Assembly (NCBI GenBank): GCA_022820725.1
Contig: JAJEFA010000007.1
Coordinates: 221,215 to 285,214, forward strand
DNA length: 64,000 nucleotides
Direction of reading: 5' to 3'
DNA from: Candidatus Binatia bacterium
Lineage (GTDB): Bacteria; Desulfobacterota; Binatia; Bin18
The translations under genes and the position numbers were made by a program. Below the pieces are notes generated by a model that worked only from the letters and a program-made list of their open reading frames with translations, was not told the origin of the DNA and ran no database searches. Every line of letters starts with the position of its first letter. Positions within the stretch are counted from its first letter, which is position 1. This document shows positions 36,964-45,798 of the stretch, piece after piece.

Positions 36964-37782
36964 TCACGCGGCCAACCTGGCCACAAAGCTTTTGATAAAG
37001 GCGTTCACCTGGTCCGGGACTTCGAGTTGAAGGAAGTGACCCGCGCCAATGGCCTGAGCAAACTCGACCTGTTTGAAGCAGGATTTCAGATGCTTCAGGT
37101 CGGCGGCCTGCGGAAAAGCGTCCGCCATCCAGGGACCGACCATGACCAGCGTTGGCTGCGACATGGCCGCGGCCGGCGTGGCAGAGTCGGCGGCCATCAG
37201 CCGGATTTCTTTGACGCGCACGTCTACGGGTGTGCGACAGGCCTCACCGACCGCGGTCTCGACCATCGCCCGGTCGGCCTGGGGACCAAAAAAGCTGGTA
37301 TACAACTCCCGGAAATAAGGCTCACCGTCTGGGGCCGTCAGTTTTGTTACCATCTCGGCGTAAAACCGCTCGGTCCCGGTTGTAGGGTTATCGAGGTCGG
37401 CTTCGGGCATCACCGCCGAGTCAACCAGAATGAAGGCGCGCACCAGGTCCGGGTAGTCATGGCTGAAGGCGACACCCGCCGGGCCGCCACCGGCGTGCGC
37501 GACCGCCACGGCATTGCTGAAGCCTTCGTGGTGGGCCAGGGCCGCGATGTCCGCGGCGTGCCGCTGGGGCGTATGGCCGGAACCCGGCGAGGTCGATTTG
37601 CCCATGCCGCGCCGGTCCATACGGAGAACGCGGTGGGAGTCCTGAAAGTAAGCAGCCTGCTCCTCCCAGTGATTCAGATTCGAGCACCAACCGTGGATGA
37701 AGATCAGGCCGGGCTTGCCACAATCCTTGCCCTCGACTTTATAGTGCAGTTCTGCTCCGTCTTCGGTTCTGTATGTCGGCAT
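36964..37782 (-). CDS. alpha/beta-hydrolase-fold protein lacking the canonical nucleophile
   Basis: ATG 37780-37782 follows AAGGAGGAAATA. FIHGWCSN and DRRGMGKS fit the fold. The nucleophile-elbow position reads VAVAHAGGG, where GHSxG is expected. Confidence 0.8.
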   Translation of the reverse strand: MPTYRTEDGAELHYKVEGKDCGKPGLIFIHGWCSNLNHWEEQAAYFQDSHRVLRMDRRGMGKSTSPGSGHTPQRHAADIAALAHHEGFSNAVAVAHAGGGPAGVAFSHDYPDLVRAFILVDSAVMPEADLDNPTTGTERFYAEMVTKLTAPDGEPYFRELYTSFFGPQADRAMVETAVGEACRTPVDVRVKEIRLMAADSATPAAAMSQPTLVMVGPWMADAFPQAADLKHLKSCFKQVEFAQAIGAGHFLQLEVPDQVNAFIKSFVARLAA

Positions 37783-37911
37783 TATTTCCTCCTTGCCAGC
37801 ATTGCGGCTCATCATAGTCGGACGCCCTGGGGCTGGCAATCGCGCCCTGGTATGACCAAGCGGAATCGATACTGGCCTCAACGACCGGCCCTCGCACCGA
37901 TAGGGGCGTTC

Positions 37912-38244
37912 CTACACGGTGAGCGCGGCGCGGTCCGAGACGGATTCGGGCGCGCTGCCGCTGAGCGGCTTCATGCCGGGCGCACAATGGAAGGGGTCGA
38001 TCAGGCCGAGACGTTTTCCATGTTCCCGCATGGCCGGGATGATGTCGCGGTCGATGAGTTCGAGGCAACGCAGACGATCCTTATGCGGCACCGGTCCTTC
38101 CAGCCAGAAACTGAAGATGCCCGGACGGAGCACTTCTAGCAGTGTCTTGAGCTTGGGCAGCACATTGTCCGGGGTCCCGGCAATCATGCCCATGTCCTTC
38201 AGCACCGCGGGATAGGCGCGTTCGCTGAACCACATGAAAAACAT
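37912..38244 (-). pseudogene. C-terminal remnant of an LLM-class oxidoreductase
   Basis: The 110-aa ORF (GTPDNVLPKLKTLLEVLRPGIFSFWLEGPVPHKDRLRCLELIDRDIIPAMREHG) matches only the C-terminal third of LLM proteins. No LLM N-terminal region lies upstream (38245-38459). Confidence 0.55.
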
Positions 38245-38360
38245 AAGCCTGCTCCTTCACAAACGGGAACTTTTTCAGGCCTGTCGCTCCGTATGACGTA
38301 CACTCCATGTCGTGCATTGACAAGCGTCAGGACAGTTCCGGTTATACGCCAAGTATGCAA

Positions 38361-38389
38361 TTGACCATTCGCATTCTTGGCGCTAGATA
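38361..38389 (+). promoter_or_regulatory. sigma70-like promoter candidate for the tandem LEH-like genes
   Basis: TTGACC (38361-38366), a 17-nt spacer, then TAGATA (38384-38389). It lies about 70 nt upstream of ATG 38460. Confidence 0.3.
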
Positions 38390-38459
38390 GTCCGCATTAT
38401 CAAGAAGATTATCGGATAGTCTGGATGTCAGAATCACAAAAAACCACCATGGAGGTCCT

Positions 38460-38873
38460 ATGACTCAGGATGAAATCGTTGAGCGCAACATCTTCAAAGT
38501 GCGCTTGTTCATCGACGCCTGGAGGGCGGTTGACCCGGACGTGGCCATGGCCTGTCTGTCGGACGATATTGTCTATATCAACCAGCCGATCGAACCGGTG
38601 GTCGGCCAGCAGGATGTCCGTAAGATCGTCGCAGGTATCATGAAGCTTTCGCACCGGGTGCACTGGGAGCTGCGCAACTGCTTCGGGTACGGCAACACGG
38701 TTGTCACCGAACGGCTCGACTGCTGGGACTTCGACGGCAAGGGCTGGGGTCTCAAGCTGCCCTGCATCGGTATGTTCGATGTCAACGAAGCCGGCAAGAT
38801 CTGTGGCTGGCGAGATTATTTCGACAACCGGATGTGGTTCGAGAACGGCGGTCCGACCCTGCATCTTGACTGA
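38460..38873 (+). CDS. limonene-1,2-epoxide hydrolase-like (SnoaL/NTF2-fold) protein, copy 1
   Basis: 137 aa. VTERLDCWDFDGKGWGLKLPCIGMFDVNEAGKICGWRDYFD ends with the RDYFD-type Asp-Arg-Asp region I associate with LEH. Confidence 0.7.
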   Translation: MTQDEIVERNIFKVRLFIDAWRAVDPDVAMACLSDDIVYINQPIEPVVGQQDVRKIVAGIMKLSHRVHWELRNCFGYGNTVVTERLDCWDFDGKGWGLKLPCIGMFDVNEAGKICGWRDYFDNRMWFENGGPTLHLD

Positions 38874-38907
38874 CTGTCCGCTACACGACCCCGGAAAGGA
38901 AACGCTT

Positions 38908-39327
38908 ATGAGCACGGATACGAATTGGAAAATCGCTCGCAACGAAGCGGTGGTCCGCGCCTTTCTCAAGGGCTGGGACGACCTTGACGTCGACGCCTGT
39001 ATGGCCCAGTGCACCGACGATATGTGTTATCTCAACCAGCCACTGGAGGCGATCCGCGGCAAGGCCAATGTGCGCAAGATGATCGCCTCGATCTTCGCCC
39101 CAGCCAAGCGCGCCGAGTTCAAGCTGCTCAACGTCTTCGGCCATGGCGACCGGGTCATTACCGAGCGCCTCGATCAATGGGACTGGGACGGCAGCGGCAC
39201 CTGGCAACTCCAGCTCCCGGTGTGTGGTATGTTCGAGCTGACCGAGGACGGCAAGATTTACGAATGGCGCGAGTATTACGACAACGAGCACTGGAGCAAG
39301 AACGGCGGCCCGAGCCTGGTGCTCTAA
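38908..39327 (+). CDS. limonene-1,2-epoxide hydrolase-like (SnoaL/NTF2-fold) protein, copy 2
   Basis: ATG 38908 sits inside ORF 38701-39327. It is a paralog of the upstream gene (ITERLDQWDWDGSGTWQLQLPVCGMFELTEDGKIYEWREYYD). Confidence 0.7.
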   Translation: MSTDTNWKIARNEAVVRAFLKGWDDLDVDACMAQCTDDMCYLNQPLEAIRGKANVRKMIASIFAPAKRAEFKLLNVFGHGDRVITERLDQWDWDGSGTWQLQLPVCGMFELTEDGKIYEWREYYDNEHWSKNGGPSLVL

Positions 39328-39366
39328 AGGCTCGCACCCTGACAAGCCCGGCCCGCCGTACCGGTC

Positions 39367-40350
39367 TTAGACCTTCGGGAGAATGTCGTGCACGAGCTGC
39401 CGCATATCCCCGATGGTCTTGGCGGTCGGCGTCCCACTGAACGGCGGCCACAGAAGGGGCATGGTCAGCCCGGCATCCCGATACCGTTTGAGATTGTCCG
39501 TAATCTGCTCTGTGGTGCCGACCAGCGTTGGCGTCAGCTTGCCCCGCAGCGTCTGATCCGTTTTGTCGCGGGTGATCTCAAACGGCAGCATGCTCGAAAT
39601 TTCGATGTCGTCGATGGTATGCCCGCTACCGAGCTTCTCCAACTCGTCCTTGATGGCGGTTCGCCAGGCAGCGATCGCGTCCGGCGTGTCCATGATCCCG
39701 ATCCACCCCTCAAGGCCATACTTGGCAACGCGCGCTGCCGCGAGATCGGGCCGGCCTAAGCCGCCAAAAAACATCGGCGGCCGGGGCTTTTGGACTGGCT
39801 TCACGCCAAAGCCACATTTTGGGAAGTCGGCGAATTCTCCGTGGTACTCGAACAACTCGTTGGTCCAGACCCCCTGTAGCACTTCGATCGTTTCTCGCAC
39901 GTGCTTGTTACGCTTCTTATAGATATGAGCGGCGCTTGACGCGGCGAACTCTTCCGGCATCCAGCCCGAGCCGACACCGACGTTCAGCCGCCCGCCCGAG
40001 AGGTGATCCCAGGTCGCGAGTTCTGCGGCCAACACGCCGGGAGCGCGATAGGGGGTGACAATGATACTGACCCCCAACCGCACGCGCTTGGTGATGGCAG
40101 CCAGATACGGAATGAGTGGCATGCCATGCAGGAATTCCGCCCGCGCACTCACTGGCAGCGCCTTCGGAAATTCCGACATGAAGCCAAACGACTTTTCGAG
40201 TTCCTGGCGGTCTGAGGCCTCGGGCACCACGATACGGTCCAGCGACCACACCGAGTCGAATGCAAGGTCCTCCGCTTCCCGTGCCAGGTCTACGATTTCG
40301 CTGACGGTGATCTTGTCGCGGAGATTCGGCAGATACAGCGCGAGCTTCAT
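39367..40350 (-). CDS. LLM-class F420-dependent oxidoreductase
   Basis: ATG 40348-40350 gives MKLALYLPN. Motifs are FDSVWSLDR, GRLNVGVGSGW and RPPMFFGG. Confidence 0.9.
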   Translation of the reverse strand: MKLALYLPNLRDKITVSEIVDLAREAEDLAFDSVWSLDRIVVPEASDRQELEKSFGFMSEFPKALPVSARAEFLHGMPLIPYLAAITKRVRLGVSIIVTPYRAPGVLAAELATWDHLSGGRLNVGVGSGWMPEEFAASSAAHIYKKRNKHVRETIEVLQGVWTNELFEYHGEFADFPKCGFGVKPVQKPRPPMFFGGLGRPDLAAARVAKYGLEGWIGIMDTPDAIAAWRTAIKDELEKLGSGHTIDDIEISSMLPFEITRDKTDQTLRGKLTPTLVGTTEQITDNLKRYRDAGLTMPLLWPPFSGTPTAKTIGDMRQLVHDILPKV

Positions 40351-40548
40351 AGTAAGGTCCTCTCTATTGGTCGTATTCTCTCCCATCTGGACATGGGTTG
40401 CTCAAGTCTATTGCCGGAGGCATCTTTCTGTGTCGCTCGATTATTGTCAAGGTGTTGTGCTGGCAATCGGCAGCTCATCGAGCTACTAATGAAAGTCTGA
40501 AGCTGTGTAACGTGCAAGAGATATTTTTAATACATAAAGGAGAAGAAT

Positions 40549-41163
40549 ATGGCGGCAAATCACGACTTTGAGGTCAAACAACTGCTCAAGGCGTATCGGA
40601 AGGGAATCATCTCAGATGAACTGTTTGAGTCGGAGATGAACGAACTGCGGAATGGTGAGGGCACGGGCCAGTATGTCTTTAACGGAAAATCGTACAACAG
40701 CGAACGCGAGATGCTCGTCGCTTTTCTGGATGAATATCGCTGTGCCGAGAACTTTGCGGCAGAGTATCTGGGCGGTTGGAATGATGTGAGTACGGAGGAA
40801 TGTGTCAAGGGTGGCTTGCGTATGATTGAGCAGCGCGAGGCCTTCCATGCCCAGTTGCTGGAAGCACGGTTGAAGGAGCTTGGTGGGAGCGTACAGTGCT
40901 CGGTACCAACCGAACAGCGCGAGAAAGAAATGGCCATGTACGCCGCCACAGACAAGACGGATGCCGAAAAGCTCCAATACCTTGCCGATCAAATTCCAGA
41001 CCTCCCCAAGGCGCTGAAATTTATCACTGATGTGATTGACCAGATCGAGGACGATCAGCAGACCAAAGAGCTGCTGCGCTCGATGGTGCAAGATGAGATG
41101 TCCAGCGGCCAGTGGTTGCTGGAAGCGAACGAGCTGTTGAACGGGACGAACGCTACTGCGTGA
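40549..41163 (+). CDS. hypothetical helical protein (possible ferritin-like four-helix bundle with a SHOCT-like N-terminal motif)
   Basis: 204 aa with RBS AAAGGAGAAGAA in an AT-richer patch. The N-terminus LLKAYRKGIISDELFESEMNEL is SHOCT-like. One ExxH (REAFH) is present. No confident family assignment. Confidence 0.6.
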   Translation: MAANHDFEVKQLLKAYRKGIISDELFESEMNELRNGEGTGQYVFNGKSYNSEREMLVAFLDEYRCAENFAAEYLGGWNDVSTEECVKGGLRMIEQREAFHAQLLEARLKELGGSVQCSVPTEQREKEMAMYAATDKTDAEKLQYLADQIPDLPKALKFITDVIDQIEDDQQTKELLRSMVQDEMSSGQWLLEANELLNGTNATA

Positions 41164-41177
41164 CTGAGCAGCGCATG

Positions 41178-41227
41178 CGTCACCAACCCGGATGTGGATG
41201 AAGACATCCGTGTCCAGGTTGGTGACG
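41178..41227. terminator. long imperfect hairpin between convergent genes
   Basis: The outer stem is CGTCACCAACC / GGTTGGTGACG and the inner stem is CGGATGT / ACATCCG, with a 6-nt bulge. It lies between the stop at 41163 (+) and the stop at 41278 (-). Confidence 0.5.
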
Positions 41228-41277
41228 TACCGTTCTGTCCCATTGGCCGTTAGGAGGGACGGACCCGCCCCTGAAAT

Positions 41278-42321
41278 CTAATAGCCCAACGCCCGCGCCG
41301 CGCCCTCCAGGACAAAGGGGACGGACCAGGCCGTGCGGGCAAGGCGAATATCATCGCTCTGGCCCGAAGCGTACAGACCCGCCGCGCTCATCCAAAAGGC
41401 AGCAGATCGCAGTTGGTACAGCATGCCGTAGTACTGACAGACCGCCTCGTCGATCTCGATGCCCGTGGCTTGCTCATAGTCCCGAAAAAAAGCGTCCCGC
41501 TCAACCAAGTGGGATAAGAGCTCACTACCCTCTCGATTGAGGTCGGTCAGGACATAGGCCACGTCATACATCGGATCGCCGATGACTTGCAGTTCCCAGT
41601 CGAGCACCGCCGAGACCTCGTCGTTGTCGATTAACAAATTACCGGTCCGATAGGCTCCGTGGACTAAGGTGAGGCGCTGGTTGTCCGGAGCGTTGGCCTT
41701 GAGCCAGCCTATGAGATCGACGAGGATCGGGTGCGGCTCTAATTGCGAGAGTTTGACCAGTTCGCACCATTTTTGAACCTCGCGCAACGCAAAGTCATTG
41801 CCTGACTCGGGGACACCCAGGAATGAGAGTCCGGCGGCTTCCCAGTCAAGGCTATGCAGGGCTGCCAGGGTCTGGGTAAAACTTTTCGGGAGCGCGCCAC
41901 GCGCGGCCGCCTCGGCATAGAATTTCCTGCCAGCCGAACCCCAGGGGCTCGGACAGGTCCCGGCGACTTTTTCCATCACCAGAAACGGTTGGTCGAGAAT
42001 GCTCGTATCGCTTTCGTACCAGTATGGTTTGGGGGTGGGCAGCGGCGTGGACGCTAAACTCTGGAGGACCCGAAACTGTACGCCAAGATCGGAGAAGTGT
42101 CGCAGCAGCGCATTGCCAGGGTCACGCCGCAGGCATAAACCCTGGGTTTTTGATTCCCCACTCTCCGTCCAATGCGCGTCAAAGAGCCAGGTTTCGTGCG
42201 ACCAGCCGACGGCGATCCGTTCCATTGCTTCGAGGCGCAAATCCGTGGCGTTCGGCAGCTTGGTCTGAATATACTGACGGATGCGTTCCGTCACGTCTCG
42301 ATTGTGATCTGGCGTGCTCAT
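41278..42321 (-). CDS. phosphotransferase (APH/choline kinase-like) family protein
   Basis: 347 aa. HGAYRTGNLLIDNDEVSAVLDWELQVIGDPMYDVAY is the kinase catalytic loop plus the DxE/D segment typical of APH-family enzymes. Confidence 0.85.
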   Translation of the reverse strand: MSTPDHNRDVTERIRQYIQTKLPNATDLRLEAMERIAVGWSHETWLFDAHWTESGESKTQGLCLRRDPGNALLRHFSDLGVQFRVLQSLASTPLPTPKPYWYESDTSILDQPFLVMEKVAGTCPSPWGSAGRKFYAEAAARGALPKSFTQTLAALHSLDWEAAGLSFLGVPESGNDFALREVQKWCELVKLSQLEPHPILVDLIGWLKANAPDNQRLTLVHGAYRTGNLLIDNDEVSAVLDWELQVIGDPMYDVAYVLTDLNREGSELLSHLVERDAFFRDYEQATGIEIDEAVCQYYGMLYQLRSAAFWMSAAGLYASGQSDDIRLARTAWSVPFVLEGAARALGY

Positions 42322-42749
42322 GCGGCGTACACCATCTCACGGTCAATACGAGCGCGTAGCCGTGTGCGTACGCGCCCTATCAGGTCTGCAAAGCGCTCCT
42401 CACCCAGCTCGGACCGGGTTGCGTAGAGGGTTTCAATCAGGTCTGACACACTCGCCGTATCGAGATCCTGGCGGACCGTATTCACGGCGGCCCGTAGCGA
42501 AGGGGGTGTATCTTGGGAGACCGTCAAGGGATCGAGTTCTTCGGCGAGTTCTTGCAAATCGCGTCGACGCGCGGCGGCGTGTTCGTCGGCCAGCCGCAAC
42601 TGGCCGGCGAGTTTCTGTAGCACCACCGCTGCCATGAAGGCTTGCGTCTTGGGATAGGCTTCCTCAACCGCCGGGCCGATCTCTTTTTTGAGCGTCCGCG
42701 CGAGGCGTTCCAGGAGTTCGTCCGGGGCGAATTTGATGTAGTCCGCCAT
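42318..42749 (-). CDS. hypothetical helical protein
   Basis: 143 aa with RBS GGAGGAAA. Its stop overlaps the APH start (ATGA). No family recognised. Confidence 0.65.
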   Translation of the reverse strand: MADYIKFAPDELLERLARTLKKEIGPAVEEAYPKTQAFMAAVVLQKLAGQLRLADEHAAARRRDLQELAEELDPLTVSQDTPPSLRAAVNTVRQDLDTASVSDLIETLYATRSELGEERFADLIGRVRTRLRARIDREMVYAA

Positions 42750-42772
42750 TAGGCGTTTCCTCCGTTTGCTGA

Positions 42773-43708
42773 TTAAGAGTTACGCCGCATCCGGGACCAG
42801 CGATGGACCGGCCACATGTCCTGATCCTCACCGTGACCGCCCTCACCATTGATCTCCCAGCGGACCAGGCTGTTGATATCGATAAACGTGTGACGGTTGA
42901 TCACGATCCGGCTCAACGGTTCACCCAGCGCATGGAGTGTCCGGCCCTCAGTATCGTGGGCCTGAATCTCGACGCGGGTGATCCAGCCGTTGTCCCTGTC
43001 TCGCTCAACCCGGCGCTCGCCCTGTGTCAGGGGCAGCGTCCGGCCATCGCGGTGGAGAAAGCCATACGCGACCGGATTCCGGTCGGCCTCTACGTTGGTG
43101 ACGGCAAGAAAACCGTGTCGGGCCGTGGCCACGCCGGTGACATAGGCGGCCTGGCGCGGGCGGTCCTCCCGCCGCCGCCCCCAGGTACGGTCGCGCACGG
43201 CCAGACAGTCAATCGGAATGGTCTCGCCGTGCAGAACGATCTCGCCACTCACACGCCCGATCTGGTCGAAATGATGCGAGCGCCCAAAGGTCGAACCCGT
43301 GCCGGTCAGCGGCGCGGGCGGCATCACGCCCTCAAAACGCAGCGAGGCCCGCAAACGCGGCTCATCGTTATACTCCAGCACATAGGACATGCAGGGCTCG
43401 ATCACCCGAATCGAAACGCCGGTCGGGAGCGTCACGTCGTCCAGGTTTTGATCGCGCGGCAACTCAAGGGCGGTATAGTTTGCGGAATAGAGCACTTCCC
43501 ACGGTAGATGGGCCGAATCGTCCCACACCCAGGCCCCACCCGCGACCGTGCCGATATTCGGCCGGGCCAGGGTGTACAACCAGCCGCCCAGACGGCGTTC
43601 CGGTTGAGAGAACGAAAACCAGGCCGTCTCCGTTGACCACCAGTCCCCGGCCAGTTCGTCGAAGTGAAAGCGGTCGTCTCGGGCAGTAAAGATGCGTTGT
43701 TCTGCCAT
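42773..43708 (-). CDS. hypothetical beta-rich protein
   Basis: 311 aa, Trp-rich and non-repetitive, co-directional with its neighbours. No family recognised with confidence. Confidence 0.65.
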   Translation of the reverse strand: MAEQRIFTARDDRFHFDELAGDWWSTETAWFSFSQPERRLGGWLYTLARPNIGTVAGGAWVWDDSAHLPWEVLYSANYTALELPRDQNLDDVTLPTGVSIRVIEPCMSYVLEYNDEPRLRASLRFEGVMPPAPLTGTGSTFGRSHHFDQIGRVSGEIVLHGETIPIDCLAVRDRTWGRRREDRPRQAAYVTGVATARHGFLAVTNVEADRNPVAYGFLHRDGRTLPLTQGERRVERDRDNGWITRVEIQAHDTEGRTLHALGEPLSRIVINRHTFIDINSLVRWEINGEGGHGEDQDMWPVHRWSRMRRNS

Positions 43709-43744
43709 AGGGGGCTTCTTTCTCTGGTCACGAGCGCACGGTCG

Positions 43745-44125
43745 TTATTGGACCGTAAGTGCGCTGGAATGACTCACGATAGTGACGCATTGGTACGCTC
43801 GCGTTCGGATTCTCCCCGCCACACTGTCGTCCGGTTGGCTCCCGAAATGATCCGTCCAGGTGCCGAACGCGGTCGCGTTGGGAAAGCGCTCCAGGACAAT
43901 ATAGACGCCTTGATGAGGACTATGGAGAGGCGCGAGCAGCTCATACGTGCCGCCACCATTGTCTTTGGCATAGGCGGCTACGTCGTCCACAATTTTTGAT
44001 AACTGTTCCAGGGTGCAGCCCTCCTGGAGCTTGACGGTTACCACATCGTACATGGCGGAGCGGACGGGCAGGGTATGCCCGAGTAGCAGGACGAGTCCGG
44101 CCAGGACTCCGATTATGGTTTTCAT
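43745..44125 (-). CDS. small secreted protein (function unknown)
   Basis: ATG 44123-44125 follows GGGAGGGAATA. The signal peptide is MKTIIGVLAGLVLLLGHTLPVRSA, and the mature part is about 100 aa. Confidence 0.6.
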   Translation of the reverse strand: MKTIIGVLAGLVLLLGHTLPVRSAMYDVVTVKLQEGCTLEQLSKIVDDVAAYAKDNGGGTYELLAPLHSPHQGVYIVLERFPNATAFGTWTDHFGSQPDDSVAGRIRTRAYQCVTIVSHSSALTVQ

Positions 44126-44199
44126 TATTCCCTCCCATGTCAGACCGTGACTTCGGATCGAGCGGCAACTGCCCATCGCGCACTCAGAGCCAGGCTGCT

Positions 44200-45798
44200 T
44201 TAGCGCAGTTCGAAGCCTTCGTACCCCTTAGCGGCCACGTCGGCGAAGATCTCACGGTAGAGCGGCACACCGCCGGCAAACAAGAGGAAGCGGCCGCGCA
44301 CGTTCTCGGGATTGGTACTACCGAAGAACCACGAATCCTGCATCTCATTGATGAGCAGCCCTTGGGCCGAGTCATAGCAGCGCCGGGTCCAGGCGTCCTC
44401 GGCCTCGGCGGTTGTGGTCATAGTCTCGAACCCGTGCTCGCGCATATAGCGGATGCAGTCGACGATCCACTCGACGTTACTCTCGGCACAGCGGGTGATA
44501 TTGCAAAACACCGCCGGATTGTGGGGCCCCATGATGGCCCACAAATTCGGGAAGCCCGAGAACTGCACGCCCAGGTTGGTGCGTGGCCCGTCGGACCAGT
44601 GCTCTTGCAGGCTCCGCCCGTGTTGGCCACGAATGTCCATACGCAGCAGCTCGCCGGTCACGCTATGAAAGCCGGTGGCGTAAATAATCACGTCGAGTTC
44701 ATGCAAGGCGCTCCCGGTTTCGACTCCGGTGGAGGCAATTTTCGTGATCGGCGTTTCGCGCAGATCAACCAGACTGACATTGTCACGGTTGAAGGTCTCG
44801 TAGAAATTCTTCTCGCCCGGACAGCGCTTGGTGCCGAAGGTGTGCTTCGGGATCAGCTTTTCGGCTATGGCCGGGTCGATGACACGCTCGCGAATCTTGT
44901 TGGCGAGGAACTCGGCGACCTCATCCGCGGCTTGCTGGGACATAAAGGAGTCGCGGTAATTGCCCAGCCACAGCGCGAATCCGCCGCGCTCGTACAATTC
45001 CTGATAGCGGGCCAGGCGTTCCTCTTGCGGCACGTCCAGCGCGGCACGCGGGTCCGGTTCGTGAATAAAGCCCGCCCAGGTGCGTTTGCACAGGGCGAAA
45101 ATCTCGTCCGCGTTCTTTTTGAATTCCCGTTGCTCCTCTGCGGTAATCGGACGGTTCCGCAGCGGGGTGCACCAATTAGCGGTACGCTGAAAAACGGTCA
45201 GATGTCCACACTCAGGGGCAATCGTCTGAATGATCTGGACACCGGTCGGGCCGGTACCGATAATGCCGACGCGCTTGCCCGTGAAATCGACCGGTTCTTT
45301 CGGCCAGCGAGCGCTGTGCAGCGACACTCCCGCAAAGTCTTCAACGCCGGCATAGTCCGGAAACTGATGGGCCGACAGTAGCCCGGTAGCGCAGATCACA
45401 TAGCGCGCCCGGACGCGCCCACCGTTGTGGGTCGCAATCTCCCAGTGCTTGTCCGTTTCGTTGTACACGACGGTCGCAACGCGGGCGTTGCACTCGATGT
45501 CACGCTTCAGGTCGAATTTGTCCGCGACAAAATGCAGATACCGTTCGACTTCCGGTTGGCCCGAGAAATGCTCGCTCCACTCCCATTCGTCGATCAGTTC
45601 CTGGGAAAAAGAGTATTGGTAGGAATAGCTCTCGGAGTCGAAACGGGCGCCTGGGTAGCGATTCCAGTACCAGGTGCCGCCGATATCAGTGCCGGCCTCG
45701 AACACCCGGGCCGAGAGGCCGAGCTCGCGGAGTTTATACAGTGCATACAGGCCGGACACGCCGGCCCCGATAACAATCGCATCATAGTGCTGGGTCAC
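44200..45798 (-). CDS. type I Baeyer-Villiger monooxygenase (copy 1, CHMO-like)
   Basis: 532 aa with a GTG start after AAGGAGA. Motifs are GAGVSGL, GGTWYWNRYPGARFDSES, the BVMO fingerprint FAGVSLHSARWP, and a second Rossmann motif IIGTGPTG. Confidence 0.9.
   Translation of the reverse strand: MTQHYDAIVIGAGVSGLYALYKLRELGLSARVFEAGTDIGGTWYWNRYPGARFDSESYSYQYSFSQELIDEWEWSEHFSGQPEVERYLHFVADKFDLKRDIECNARVATVVYNETDKHWEIATHNGGRVRARYVICATGLLSAHQFPDYAGVEDFAGVSLHSARWPKEPVDFTGKRVGIIGTGPTGVQIIQTIAPECGHLTVFQRTANWCTPLRNRPITAEEQREFKKNADEIFALCKRTWAGFIHEPDPRAALDVPQEERLARYQELYERGGFALWLGNYRDSFMSQQAADEVAEFLANKIRERVIDPAIAEKLIPKHTFGTKRCPGEKNFYETFNRDNVSLVDLRETPITKIASTGVETGSALHELDVIIYATGFHSVTGELLRMDIRGQHGRSLQEHWSDGPRTNLGVQFSGFPNLWAIMGPHNPAVFCNITRCAESNVEWIVDCIRYMREHGFETMTTTAEAEDAWTRRCYDSAQGLLINEMQDSWFFGSTNPENVRGRFLLFAGGVPLYREIFADVAAKGYEGFELR

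Noticed and set aside
37027-38139. 370-aa plus-strand ORF spanning the alpha/beta-hydrolase gene and the LLM remnant on the opposite strand.
   Set aside because: It is a shadow ORF with Arg/Gly/His-rich sequence and no family signal.
44137-45381. 414-aa plus-strand ORF antisense to BVMO copy 1. Similar long antisense ORFs are at 49787-50647, 50813-51604, 56855-57769 and 55868-56503.
   Set aside because: All are shadow ORFs opposite unmistakable BVMO genes. They have no motifs and a biased Arg/Gly/Leu/Pro composition.
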